Shown here: piece by piece, positions 25,801 to 36,888 of the stretch
Numbering within the stretch: position 1 is the stretch's first letter
Layout of the letters: every line of letters starts with the position of its first letter
Assembly: GCA_043228905.1 (NCBI GenBank)
Contig: JBHGNT010000013.1
Coordinates: forward strand, 8,680,001 to 8,744,000
From: Azolla caroliniana
Lineage: Eukaryota; Plantae; Polypodiophyta
Length of the DNA stretch: 64,000 bases
Direction: 5' to 3'
Made by a program: the position numbers and the translations under genes
The notes under the pieces: generated by a model
Told to the model about the DNA's origin: nothing
The model's database searches: none
Seen by the model: only the letters and a program-made list of their open reading frames with translations

Positions 25801-26447
25801 TTTACCTTGTCAAATACATCGGCATAAGGATGATATTTTGCCGGAAGTTGTACTGAGGAGTCCTTCTTAATAGTGCTGGAAGGATGTACTGATATGGAAA
25901 ATAGGAACATTGCCTCCTTGGGTCCTTCTTCGCGTAGTTGATGGAGTGAAATGGTCGAAACTCGGCGAGTTGATTCTTGGGGTGGTCGATATCGGACTTC
26001 TCTTGTTCTCCAATCTATGGCTGGATTATGTAACTCAAGCCAAGGTAATCCTAGGACAATGGGATGCTCTGGACTACTAATTATATTAAATGATATTATA
26101 CACACAAAACTACCTAGGACAACTTGAATGGGTTCTGATTCTTCTACAATATTCCCGGAAGCAATGGGACGACCATCAATGACCACTACAGATGCGGGAC
26201 AAGGAAGTTTTCTTAAGGATATCTGAGAAGCTTGGGCAAAATTTCGATCCATGAAACAGGAATTAGCTCCGGAATCTAAAAGTGCTAGGACGGGTACTGG
26301 GGGAGTACTTTTAGTACTAACAATGACTTGGGCTAGGAACACATTGCTAACTTGCTTGGAAGGAATGGAACCACTAATGGGCTGTACAGATCTAGGGCTG
26401 CTGTCCAACCAAATGGCTCCTATTTTGGCTGGACTCAATCGTTTAAC
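22866..26447 (-). pseudogene. pol: Chromovirus pol (PR-RT-RH-INT-chromodomain) with a stop at 25245 and frameshifts
   Basis: LLDSGA, YLDD, EADTSDFALG, SDRGPQF, HPQTDGQAER, GPF, and the chromodomain EYEVACILD..YLVDWLGY..TWEP. Confidence 0.93.
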
Positions 26448-27592
26448 TCTTCATCTAATTGACTAAGGATTTCAAATTTATTTGAGATACTTGGGCTATT
26501 AGTACTATGAATACTATCTGACACTCTATTAGTACTATTACTACTATCAGACACTCCGAAGGGAAGAATTGACTCAGGTTTAGTACAGGCGACAATTTGA
26601 TTTACCTGTCTTCTTGGCCTATGGGGACAATTGATGGCGATATGTCCTGGTCCACCGCAATAAAGGCATAATCGATTGGCACGTCGTCGTTGCTTTTCTT
26701 CTTCCGATAACGGGCCGCGTCGACGCATGGTATCGATCTCCATCGGTGTCGAAGTATTTGCTTGAGGTATGTCTCGTGCAAACGGTTTAGCCGCGACTGC
26801 GGCGTAAGTGGGCTCTGGCCTAGAGCGTGGTATCTGTAATTGACGTTCTGAACGCCGTTCAAAAAGGCGGTTGTCACATCGAACTGCTCGACTGATTGCC
26901 TCCGTAAGAGACTTTGGTTCTTCGGGGAAAGTTAGAAGTAGATCTTTGACATCGTTTCGCAAGCCATAGCGAAACTGCTCCATTAGTGCTTGATCATCCC
27001 AGGGTATATCTGAAGCAAGTAGGCGGAAATCCGCCGCGTAGGCAGAGGCTGGACGATCGCCTTGACGCAATCGCCGGATCTTGTTGATCGCCGTCCTGAT
27101 GCTGTCGGTGTCTCCAAAGCAGGCTTTAAACTCACCAATAAAATCTTCAAAGTTATTAAGCAAGGGCGATTGTTTTTCTAGAAGCGGAGCGAACCATGCC
27201 AAGGCTGAGCCGCTAAGTAGCGTGCCTATTAGGCCAACTCGAGATGCATCAGTGGGATATCGGGAAGGATGCATCTGGATGACTAAGCGTACCTGATTAA
27301 GGAATCCCCGAAATTGCGAACGCGTTCCATCAAATTTCACAGGAAGTCCAATCTTGGGCTCTTTATGAAATCCTTGGGGACTGGATCCTTGTTGTTGCAA
27401 CGCTGCTTCGAGTTGTTGTACCCGTAACGCTAACTCCCCATGTTGTTGTTGCGTTTGTTGTTTTTCTAGAGCGATTTGTTGCAGATCCCCTATCAGCCGT
27501 TGGTTTTCTTGTTCCAAGGCAACAAACTTTTCTTTTAGGCACTGTAGCTCGGAGAAAACGGATTGGTATTCTTGGGCGCTAACAGTAGCCAT
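26435..27592 (-). CDS. gag: Chromovirus Gag (385 aa): coiled coil, capsid and CCHC knuckle
   Basis: Intact ORF with LRQG..YAADF, QFRYGL and [14 protein letters not shown]. Confidence 0.92.
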   Translation of the reverse strand: MATVSAQEYQSVFSELQCLKEKFVALEQENQRLIGDLQQIALEKQQTQQQHGELALRVQQLEAALQQQGSSPQGFHKEPKIGLPVKFDGTRSQFRGFLNQVRLVIQMHPSRYPTDASRVGLIGTLLSGSALAWFAPLLEKQSPLLNNFEDFIGEFKACFGDTDSIRTAINKIRRLRQGDRPASAYAADFRLLASDIPWDDQALMEQFRYGLRNDVKDLLLTFPEEPKSLTEAISRAVRCDNRLFERRSERQLQIPRSRPEPTYAAVAAKPFARDIPQANTSTPMEIDTMRRRGPLSEEEKQRRRANRLCLYCGGPGHIAINCPHRPRRQVNQIVACTKPESILPFGVSDSSNSTNRVSDSIHSTNSPSISNKFEILSQLDEELND

Positions 27593-27661
27593 AGTATAGG
27601 GGAAAGGGTAGGAGGATGAGGGAGAGTGACAAGTAGGCTAGAGGAAGAAATTGGTTCAAAC

Positions 27662-28090
27662 TGTCAGGAATAGTACTAAAACAGAGATGGAATTAGTACT
27701 AAGAAGAGTAGTACTATTAGTACTAAGAGGACGGGACTGCGTAAGATTCCTGAGAGAGAGGAAGTGAGAAGAGGAGAGAGAGAGGGAAATAGGATGATGA
27801 CAGCAGCTCTTATATTATATGAAAGATAAGTACAAATCGACTAAGAGGCTTAAGACTGGTGTTGAACCAATTTGGTTCAACATAATGCTTAGTGCCTTCT
27901 TTTATAGTGTTCTCAGGAATAATCCTGAAGCTTCTAGAATGTTCCAGAGAAATCTGGAATATACATTACTTTCTTATAATAAAACATAAATGAAAATAAT
28001 ATTCTATGAATTACAATAGATGGTGAGATGGTTAAGAGCTCGACCCATATACCATAAGGTCATGGGTTCGAGTCTTGCCATCTCATGACA
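27662..28090 (-). repeat. Chromovirus 5' LTR
   Basis: Direct repeat of 22426-22854, with TATAAAA (- strand) at 27900-27906. Confidence 0.95.
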
Positions 28091-29051
28091 AAAACCTTAT
28101 ATATTTGACAATCACCCAACCCAACATCAGTTATCCAATCAGCGTGATCAACCAATATATGCAATCACCCAACCCAACATCAGTTATCCAATCAGCGTGA
28201 TCAACCAATATATGCAGAAGCCGACCGTCGAGCACCTTCTGTGCGCGCATCGAATTGTGTGATATGTGAGCGGCACGAAGGAACGGGGACTATTATACCG
28301 ACATGGTATAACCGAAGAGCTAGTCGGCTACACCGATGCCGATTGGGCCGGCGATGCATCAGATCGCCGATCCACCTCCGGCTATATGTTTTCCCTTGGT
28401 AGCGCGGATGTTGCATGGAGCAACAAAAAGCAGTCAACAGTGGCCCTTTCGAGCACTAAGGCTGAATATCGGGGCACTCCCGTTGCCACCTATGAAGCCA
28501 TTTGGCTTTGGTGACTGCTGCAAGACCTGTAGATCGAGGTGCCGACCCCGATCCTGATCTACTGTGACAACATAAGCAGCATGCAGCCCGCCAAGAACCC
28601 TGTATTCCATGCTCGCACAAAGCACATAGAAGTGCACTACCACTTCGTGCATGAGCATGTCCTGAGCGGTGGAGTCGAACTTCAATATGTTCATACGGAT
28701 CGGCAAGTTGCCGACATGTTCACCAAACCACTCGGATTGGACAAGTTGCAGCACTTCACCGAAATGCTTGGTGTTCAGCATCTCGACGTGCCACACTTGA
28801 GGGTGAGAACGGGCAAAGGCAAAGAAACGGGCATTGTCAATTGCGCCAGTAAGGGAAGAACCAACAAGGGGAGAGACAAGAAGAAGAAAGGAGCCGAGTC
28901 GACAAAGGAAGTTGACACATCCGAACAAGTCGGAACCAAGACCCGGACATGGTCCGACGTGGTGAAGGGCCTGGAACCGGAAAACGAATCGAGAGCGACC
29001 GATTCGGACAAGAGCTGGAATGAATCAGAGACAACCGATTTGGTTCAATAG
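28091..29051 (+). pseudogene. pol: Copia-B RT end and RNase H with a C-terminal extension
   Basis: GYTDADWAGD, RRSTSGY, IYCDN and HARTKHIEVHYHFV. Confidence 0.9.
28109..28214 (+). repeat. 53-bp perfect tandem duplication
   Basis: 28109-28161 equals 28162-28214, with CA microhomology. Confidence 0.92.
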
Positions 29052-29366
29052 ATGGATTCGGAAGAACCGGATCAATTCAAGGCCAAGAGGACGAGAAGGC
29101 AGCGAAAGTCGACACCAACACAAAGGAATCGGCGAATCGGCAAGAGCCGAAGTCACAATAGCGAGGGAGCTGAATTGGGCCTGTTGAGCAGACAAGCAAA
29201 CCGAGGAGGTCGAGGTGCACAGAATCAGAAGGGTCGCCGCAAACGGGACTGGACCGGACGAGGAGCGCGATCGAGGCGGAGTGATGCCCGAAGGAGCTGG
29301 GTGGAAGGACCAGCGGCCATGGAGACTGACAGTACGATCCGACCTCAAGTTGAGCTTGAGGGGGAG

Positions 29367-29791
29367 TGTTGAGCGGCAAGCTCAACCGGATCCGGATTGG
29401 CATCCGGAAGGATGAAGTCGGATTGGTGAGACGGATCGACGAGCCGGTGAGCAATTGAGCCAATGAGCTCGGGAGCCGGTTAGCTGGATCAAACAATAAT
29501 CGGAATCCTATTAGTAGCCTAGACTACTAGATAGTTAATAGTCTCGTAGTTAGTGTTAGACGCTCGAGTGAGCATTGAAGTACATCGTACTTCTATCAGT
29601 CCGTATGGACTTGTATAAAAGTGTTCACTGAACACATACGATGTACAGAGTTTGAGAGTTAATTTTTGAATAGAGTTTTATGTTCTACTCTTTCTCTATA
29701 TCTCCCGCGTACTATGTATATTCAAGCTCTCCATTAAACCTGCATTTCGGTTTTTCGGTTTTCTATTGCTTCCGCCCGCTATTCTTTTACA
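29367..29791 (+). repeat. Copia-B 3' LTR
   Basis: Follows the PPT and matches 18287-18709. Confidence 0.92.
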
Positions 29792-30001
29792 ACGTTCAAC
29801 TCTTCCTCATTCGGGTCGGGTGGAGTCGAATCAGGCTTATACCATGATGCCGATTCGTTGAAGACTACATCTCGACTCACCCGAACCGCTCGGATCGAAG
29901 GGTTATAGCACTTGTATGCCATCTTCTCGGACAAGTATCCTATGAGGATACATTCCTCCTACTTCACATCGGGCTTCTATCGGCTTTCGTTCAGGATGCA
30001 T
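29792..30001 (-). pseudogene. pol: Copia-E fragment 2 (integrase C-terminal region)
   Basis: Translates to CILIGY..AYKCYNP..VRVSRDVVFNES. Confidence 0.8.
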
Positions 30002-30097
30002 TGTCGTGAAAATCCGTCACTATGTGTGGATCGTGAGGCGGAAACATTGGGGTTATGGATGGGAAGGAAATAGAGCTCACACACACAACACAAGGAA

Positions 30098-30744
30098 TGT
30101 TGGGAAACAGGTCCCTCCGGATGGGAAGGGAGAAGAACAGTGCCGACGAACAATCTCGGCCGAAACCGGAAGAGGAGTACCCGGCTACGGAGAGCCAGAT
30201 GGTGCAGGCCCGGTGAGAACCGGATGAGGAGTACCCGGCTACGGAGAGCCAGATGGTGCAGACCCGGTGAGGAGTGCTCACCGGATGAAGAGACATATTC
30301 GTAAATATGTTTCTGAGAGCCCATCGTGGCTATATTTGTAAATAGCCGAAAAGTCATATTGGTATAAATATGACTTAGGGCAAACTTATAGTTGTTGTTG
30401 TTGTTGTTATTCTTGTTGGTGCAAGAATAGAGAGATCGCATAACAGTGTACAGAGAGAGAGAGAGAGAGAAAGAGGTTGTTGCCTCTGTTGTAACTGCCG
30501 CCTGTGGCGAGGATCGTGAGCACGAGGTCGTTGCCTCCGTGAACTCACTGTTGTACATTCTAGCATAGTGATAGTTTGCAGCCTGTGGGCTGCCGTGGTT
30601 TTTCCCTCTTCGGGTTTTCCACGTAAACATCCTGTGCACTCGTTTCTTCTTCGTGTCGTGTTTTATTTCCCGTTTTTTCTGTGTATGATTCTAAGCTCGG
30701 TTGTGGCCGAGCATTGTGCATAAGGAGCGTTGGAGTTCCCGTCA
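30098..30744 (+). repeat. Copia-A solo LTR (2 x 54-bp units), TSD AGGAA
   Basis: Homologous to 4421-5119. AGGAA lies at 30093-30097 and 30745-30749, and no PBS or PPT is adjacent. Confidence 0.93.
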
Positions 30745-30769
30745 AGGAAGGCTTACACAAACAAGGCAC

Positions 30770-31500
30770 GAGTATTCGAACGTGTTTGTAAAAAGGAGAG
30801 GTGCATGGGCAAGCCCGAGTATTCGAACGTGTTTGTGAAAAGGAGAGGTGCATGGGCAAGCCCAAATCAACCCCTAGTCACAAGGCGAACGAATGCATGT
30901 GAAGAAGGCTTACACACAGACACAAAAGGAAAAGTCTTACTTACACACATGAGAGACAAAGTTCTGAATGCCTTTGGGAAAAGAGAGGTGCATGGGCGCC
31001 TCCTTGTTACAAGACACGCGAACACACAAGCAAGGTTTACACACGGGAGATACAATTTCGAATGCCTTTGTGAAAGAGAGGTGCATGGGCAAGCCCGAAC
31101 GCTCCCTTGCCACAAGTTGCACGAACACACAAGCAAGATTTACACTAACACGCAAGACACGAAATTTTGAATGCCTTTGTGTAAGGGGAGGTGCATGGGC
31201 AAACCCGAAACGCTCCCTTGTCACAAGGCACACAAACAGATAAGCACAAATGACAATAACATATAAGACAAGTAAGTTTGAATTCTTTTGTGAAAGGAGA
31301 TGTGCATGGGCAAGCCTGAAACGCTCCCTTGTCACAAGACACACAAACAAATAAGTACAAATGACAATAACATATAAGACACGTAAGTTTGAATGCATTC
31401 GTGAAAGGAGAGGTGCATGGGCAAGCCCGAAACGCTCCCTTGTCACTAGGCACACAAACAAATACACAAAAATGATGATAACATATTAGATATGTAGGTG
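30770..31500. repeat. Degenerate ~111-bp tandem repeat (core GAGAGGTGCATGGGCAAGCCC)
   Basis: The core recurs about 7 times. The last units are spaced ~111 bp apart, giving a 37-aa periodicity in the ORF track. Confidence 0.85.
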
Positions 31501-32070
31501 AAACCAAACATTATTTTATTGCAACATAATAGATTCTTTTATAAAATCAGAATCAATTTTACAATGGGGTTGATATGAATATGAGAGATAATTTATAAAG
31601 GAAGGGGGAAGAGAGGTGGAGGAAAGAAGAGAGTGGAATATAGAAGAAGGTGATTCTTTGTTGATGATGTCTCTCGATGTTGTTGATCCTTCTTCTTTTT
31701 CCATCCAATTGAGTAGAGCTTCCACGTTCCTTCTCCCTCTCCCCCCTTCTTCAGTAGAATAGGCTCTTATTTATAGGTTTAGGATTGCTTGCCTTTTTCC
31801 CCTAAAAAAAGCTTGTCTATATGAGTCGACTTTTCTTTTCATCACTATTTCTTTTCTAGCCCCAAATTTCACATGCAAGATATTCTTGGAAATCTCTTTG
31901 GGTTAGCTTTCTTATCCATATTTTCTTTTCTAATTTGGACATCTAACGAGGAAATTATGAGCTTTTTTGTCTACTGTGCTCCTCATATCCACACATGCTT
32001 CTTCTTCTTTTCTCCCCATCTTTTTCTTTACTTTTGTCTACTTTTGAAAACCGCCTCTAACTTAATATTC

Positions 32071-32774
32071 TGTTGGGAATCGACGCTTAGATTCACCTTC
32101 TTCGCTCGGCCACAACCGAGTAAGCGCGAATCGATTGAGCAGAAAATAGGAATCACACAGAGAAACAAAAAACGCGAGTACACAGGGATTAACGTGGAAA
32201 ACCCTAGACGGGAAAAACCACGGGAGTACAGGACTCCAAACCAACACTATACAGAGAAGTATACAATGGCGAGCTCCAAGGCGACGACCTTGAGCTCGCT
32301 GTCCTCGCCACAGGCGGCGGAAATACACAGAGGCGTCGTCCTCTTCCTCTCTCGCGCTCTATCTCACTTTCTCTCTCTCACGGCTGCTTCCTCTTCACTC
32401 CTCTTGAGTAAAAACAGAAAAATAATAAGCAACAGTAAAACTGTTTGCCCTAAGTCATATTTATACACATATGACTTTGGGGCTATTTACAACTATAGCC
32501 TCAAGGGCCCTTGGCAAACATATTCACAGATATGTCCCCGCATCCGGATCTCTCTCCGGGTACATTCGGCATCCGGCTCCGTAGCCGGGGTCTTCATCAT
32601 CCGGATCCGAAACCGGGTCTTCGTCATCCGGCTCCGTAGCCGGGATCTTCATCATCCGGATCCGAAACCGGGTCTTCGTCATCCGGTTCCAATACCGGGT
32701 ACTCCTCATTCGGGTCTTCATTCCCGATTCCCGGACATCTGATCATCCCATCCGGAGGGACCGTAATCCCAACA
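32071..32774 (-). repeat. Copia-D 3' LTR
   Basis: TGTTGGGA...TCCCAACA termini and CCGGAT-rich U3 repeats. Confidence 0.96.
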
Positions 32775-32784
32775 AACTCCCCCT

Positions 32785-35700
32785 TCACTTCGGCATGGGA
32801 TGTCTTTCCAGTCCGACCCTCTTCCGGCACGCTTCCAGCTTGTCGGGTGTGAGCACTTTGGTCAGCATATCTGACCCGTTCTCGTCCGTGTGGATCTTCG
32901 TCAGCACGAACTCCTGGTCTTCTATCCTTTCCCGGATCCAATGATATCTTCGCTGGATGTGCTTCGTCCGGGAGTGATAGGCCGCATTCTTCGCAAGGTG
33001 GATGGCACTCTGACTGTCGCAGTAGAGTCGGTACTCCTCCTGCCGGATACCGAGCTCTCTAATGAAGTCCTTCATCCATATTATTTCCTTGCCGGCTTCA
33101 ACAGCCGCCATGTACTCCGCCTCCGTGGTTGACAACGCAACCGTCTTCTGCAGCCTCGACTGCCATGAAACAGCTCCCCCTGCATACGTCATCACATACC
33201 CTGATGTGGACCGGCTGGTATCTGCATCAGCCGACATATCCGAATCGGTGAAGCCGTCGAGTTCGGGCTTACCGGAGCCGAATCGGAGGCACACGTTTGT
33301 CGTGCCCTTCAGGTATCGGAGTATCCACTTGACCGCGTTCCAGTGCTCCTTGCCGGGATTGCTCATGTACCGGCTCACCACTCCGACTGCATATCCTATG
33401 TCCGGTCTTGTACACACCATTGCGTACATCAAGCTTCCGACGGCAGAGGCATATGGTACTTTCATCATATCCTCCTTTTCAGCCTTTGTCTTGGGACTTT
33501 GCTTGCTGGACAGCTTGCAGTTTGCCGGGAGGGTCGATCCGACCGGTCTTGCTTCCGACATGTTGAACCGTTGAAGCACCTTTGTCACGTACTTCTCCTG
33601 TGACAGCCACAACTGCTTCTTCTTCCGGTCCCGGATGATGTGCATCCCTAGTATTTGCCTCGCCGGACCCAGGTCCTTCATTGAGAAGGTTCGGTGGAGA
33701 GCCTTCTTCAGCATCCGTATCTTGACCTGGTCCCGTCCGACGATCAACATGTCGTCCACGTACAGGAGGAGTATTAGAAAGTCTCCTCCTTCGAACTTCT
33801 TCACAAACACGCAGTGGTCGGACTGCGTTTTGAGGTACCCTTCGTCGGTCATGAAGGAGTCGAACTTCCGGTACCATTGCCGGGGAGCCTGTTTCAGTCC
33901 GTAAAGGCTCTTCTTCAACCGGCATACCAGGTGCTCCTTCCCTTTCTTCTCGAATCCTTCTGGTTGCTGCATGTAGATCTCTTCATCGAGGTCACCGTGA
34001 AGGAATGCCGTCTTCACGTCCATCTGTTCTACCTCGAGGTCCATGCTTGCCGCTATGCTCAGCACCGTCCGGATGGAGGTCATCTTCACTACCGGGGCAA
34101 ATATCTCGTCGAAGTCGACGCCCTTCTTCTGCTGAAACCCCTTCACCACGATCCTGGCTTTGTATCTCGGGGGGTTTCCGGCATCTCCCGGTTTCAGCTT
34201 GAACACCCACTTGTTTCGAAGTGCCCGCTTTCCTTTCGGCAACTCCACAAGTTCATATGTGTGGTTCTCATGCAGGGAATCCATCTCGTCCTGCATGGCA
34301 CTCAACCACCTGCGGCTCTGGGTGTCATGTTTTGCTTCTTCAAAGCTCTCCGGCTCCCCTTCGTCGGTTAGCAGCACGTGCTCTGGTTCCGGAAATCTCC
34401 GGGGGGCCCTTCTCTCTCTTAGAGGATATCTCCGTTCCGGAGCTTCGGTAACCGGTTCTTCCGATTCTTCTTCATCCGAATCCATTTCGGGATCGGGGCC
34501 GGTTCCGGTATCATTTTCATCTTCTTCGGCCGGTTCTGTTTCTTCACCGTCTTCGGCCGGATCCTCGAGTGCTAACCGGTCCCTTGCCGGTCGGGACTGC
34601 TCCTCGTAGAGTTGATCCTCACCGGTCGACTTGGAGCTCTTCATCTTCTTCTCCGACTCCCAGTCGGCGAGTGTCTTGTCCTCCATGAAGATGATGTCTC
34701 GACTCCTGAATATCTTCTTGTCGACCGGGTCCCATACTCGGTAGCCGAACTCGTCGTCGCCGTAACCGAGGAATATGCATGGCCGGGTCTTTGGATCTAG
34801 CTTTCCTCTCCGGTCCTTTGCCACATGCACGTATGCGAGACACCCGAACACCTTCAGATGCCGGTAGGACACTTCCTTACCGGTCCACACTTTCTGCGGC
34901 GTGTCTCCGTCCAAAGGTACTGAGGGTGATCTGTTTATCACGTATGTCGCCGTCGACATTGCCTCAGCCCAAAACCCCTTGGGTAATTTCGCATGCGCCA
35001 GCATACTCCGGACCCTCTCCATTATGGTCCGGTTCATCCTCTCGGCCAGCCCGTTTAGTTCCGGCGTCTTCGGCACAGTAAACTCGAGCCGGATTCCCTT
35101 CGAGCGACAGTACTCCTGGAACTGCCCCCGGTATTCCCCTCCGTTATCCGCTCGTATCGCTTTCAGCTTCTTGCCGGATTCCCTTTCCACTCTCGCGTGG
35201 AGTTCTTTGAAGACGCACAACACTTGGTCCTTTGTCTTCAGCGGTGCCGTCCACAACTTCCGGCTGTGATCATCAATGAATGTTACGAAGTACTGGGCTC
35301 CGCCATGTGACTTCGTTTCTACCTGACACACATCAGTGTGCACCAACTCCAATGGTGCGCTACGTCTCGTCGGTGGCCTTGAGTGGAAGGAGGTTCGGTT
35401 CTGCTTACCGGCCAGGCAATCGGTGCACTTCTCCAGGTGCACATGCTTCACTGGAATAAGGTTGTCTTCTGCAAGCCTCTTCATCCCCTTCTCACTCATG
35501 TGACACAGTCTTTTGTGCCACAGCTCACCGGCAGTGTCGGCTGCCACATTCAGCTCTTCCGGACATAACCGGGCATTCATCAGGTACAGTGTGTTGTCTT
35601 TCCGGGCCCGAGCCACTATCAGGCTCCCCTTGCTGAACTTCATTACGCCGTTCCGGATGCTACCTGTGTAGCCTTCATCGTCTAGCCTCCCGGCCGAAAT

Positions 35701-36858
35701 CAGGTTCAATCGAACCTCCGGAACGTGTCGGACATCCTTCAGCAGCATTTTGCATCCGGTCGGGGTTGTCAACCACACGTCTCCTATGCCGGCAATCCGG
35801 CACGTACCTTCATTTCCCATCCGAACACAGCCATGTTCACCGGCTGTGTAGGATGAGAAGTATCTTCTTTCCGGGGTCAGGTGGAACGACGCTCCGGAAT
35901 CGACCACCCAGGTCGTCTCATCGCCGGCAATGTTTAGTTCACCTTCTTCGGTGATGAGCATGATTTCTTCCTCACTTGCCGCGAGTGCCATCGTTCCTTT
36001 CCGGTCCTGCCCTCGCCGATCCGGACCTCTCCGGTCCGTGGCTCCCCGGTATCCACCGTTTCTCTCCGGTGACTTCTTCGAATCGGTGTCGTCGGCTCCG
36101 TTGTCCTTTCGGTAATGCCGACAATTCTTTCGGAAGTGCCCCGGCTTCCCACAGTGGAAGCATGTGGGCCTTCCTCTTGACTGCGACCGGGTCCCCGACT
36201 TCTCTCGTCTTTGCGGACTCCGGTTCCATTGTCTTCCCCGTTCCGATTCGGTAAGCAGCGCCTTCGTGTCGGAGGCCGGTTCTTTATCTCTCCGACGCGC
36301 TTCTTCGTTCAAAATACTTGTCTTTACCGTTTGTAAGGACAAGTTATCTTCGGTGCACGAGGTGCTGAGAGTCACCACCAAGTTCTCCCAGCTTTCCGGC
36401 AATGTACACATCAGGATGATGGCTTGCATTGCATCCTCCAACGGGAACTTAATCGCCGCAAGCTGGTTCACGAATCCCATGAACGTGCTTACGTGTTCCA
36501 CCATACTCTCGCCGTCCCGGTACTTGAGATTCACTATCTTCCTCATCAGGGAGGTCCGGTTCAACGCATTCTTCCTCTCATAGAGGCCCGACAACTTCTT
36601 CCACATCTCGTATGCGTTGGTGTCGTTCGCCACATGTTGTAGGACGCTTACATCGACATATTGTCGGATCGTCGCTACGGCTTTCCGGTTCAGGAGCTTC
36701 CACTCCGACTCAAGTACCCCTTTCGGTATTTCCGACCTGTCAATCGGTTCGTACAGGTCCCGAACAATCAGAAGATCCTCCATCTTGATCTTCCAGTCGG
36801 CGTAATTTTGTGCATTCAGCACCATCATCCCCGGCTGCCCGCTGCCGCCGCCTTCCAT
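32785..36858 (-). CDS. gag-pol: Copia-D Gag-Pol polyprotein (1357 aa)
   Basis: ATG just after the PBS. CFHCGKPGHFRKNC, VVDSGAS, WHKRLCH, DNGGEY, NGLAERMNRT, YVDDML, DSD and YCDSQSA. Confidence 0.96.
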   Translation of the reverse strand: MEGGGSGQPGMMVLNAQNYADWKIKMEDLLIVRDLYEPIDRSEIPKGVLESEWKLLNRKAVATIRQYVDVSVLQHVANDTNAYEMWKKLSGLYERKNALNRTSLMRKIVNLKYRDGESMVEHVSTFMGFVNQLAAIKFPLEDAMQAIILMCTLPESWENLVVTLSTSCTEDNLSLQTVKTSILNEEARRRDKEPASDTKALLTESERGRQWNRSPQRREKSGTRSQSRGRPTCFHCGKPGHFRKNCRHYRKDNGADDTDSKKSPERNGGYRGATDRRGPDRRGQDRKGTMALAASEEEIMLITEEGELNIAGDETTWVVDSGASFHLTPERRYFSSYTAGEHGCVRMGNEGTCRIAGIGDVWLTTPTGCKMLLKDVRHVPEVRLNLISAGRLDDEGYTGSIRNGVMKFSKGSLIVARARKDNTLYLMNARLCPEELNVAADTAGELWHKRLCHMSEKGMKRLAEDNLIPVKHVHLEKCTDCLAGKQNRTSFHSRPPTRRSAPLELVHTDVCQVETKSHGGAQYFVTFIDDHSRKLWTAPLKTKDQVLCVFKELHARVERESGKKLKAIRADNGGEYRGQFQEYCRSKGIRLEFTVPKTPELNGLAERMNRTIMERVRSMLAHAKLPKGFWAEAMSTATYVINRSPSVPLDGDTPQKVWTGKEVSYRHLKVFGCLAYVHVAKDRRGKLDPKTRPCIFLGYGDDEFGYRVWDPVDKKIFRSRDIIFMEDKTLADWESEKKMKSSKSTGEDQLYEEQSRPARDRLALEDPAEDGEETEPAEEDENDTGTGPDPEMDSDEEESEEPVTEAPERRYPLRERRAPRRFPEPEHVLLTDEGEPESFEEAKHDTQSRRWLSAMQDEMDSLHENHTYELVELPKGKRALRNKWVFKLKPGDAGNPPRYKARIVVKGFQQKKGVDFDEIFAPVVKMTSIRTVLSIAASMDLEVEQMDVKTAFLHGDLDEEIYMQQPEGFEKKGKEHLVCRLKKSLYGLKQAPRQWYRKFDSFMTDEGYLKTQSDHCVFVKKFEGGDFLILLLYVDDMLIVGRDQVKIRMLKKALHRTFSMKDLGPARQILGMHIIRDRKKKQLWLSQEKYVTKVLQRFNMSEARPVGSTLPANCKLSSKQSPKTKAEKEDMMKVPYASAVGSLMYAMVCTRPDIGYAVGVVSRYMSNPGKEHWNAVKWILRYLKGTTNVCLRFGSGKPELDGFTDSDMSADADTSRSTSGYVMTYAGGAVSWQSRLQKTVALSTTEAEYMAAVEAGKEIIWMKDFIRELGIRQEEYRLYCDSQSAIHLAKNAAYHSRTKHIQRRYHWIRERIEDQEFVLTKIHTDENGSDMLTKVLTPDKLEACRKRVGLERHPMPK

Positions 36859-36888
36859 TTTCTGCAGCAGTTCGCTCTGATACCAGTT

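Larger units (their letters stand above)
22426..28090 (-). mobile_element. Young chromoviral Ty3/gypsy element (Tcn1/Tf1-like)
   Basis: 429-bp LTRs at 22426-22854 and 27662-28090 differing at 2 positions by eye. PPT at 22855-22867 (- strand), gag plus pol with chromodomain, degenerate TSD GAAGC/AAAAC. Confidence 0.95.
18287..29791 (+). mobile_element. Copia-B: degenerate full-length copia, interrupted in RT by the chromovirus
   Basis: LTRs 18287-18709 and 29367-29791. PBS TGGTATCAGAGC at 18710-18721, PPT GAGGGGGAG at 29358-29366, flanks ATGT/ACGT. Confidence 0.92.

Noticed and set aside
31873-32742. 289-aa ORF and its 299-aa twin at 36661-37560
   Set aside because: Antisense read-through of the Copia-D LTR; their N-termini come from unrelated flanks.
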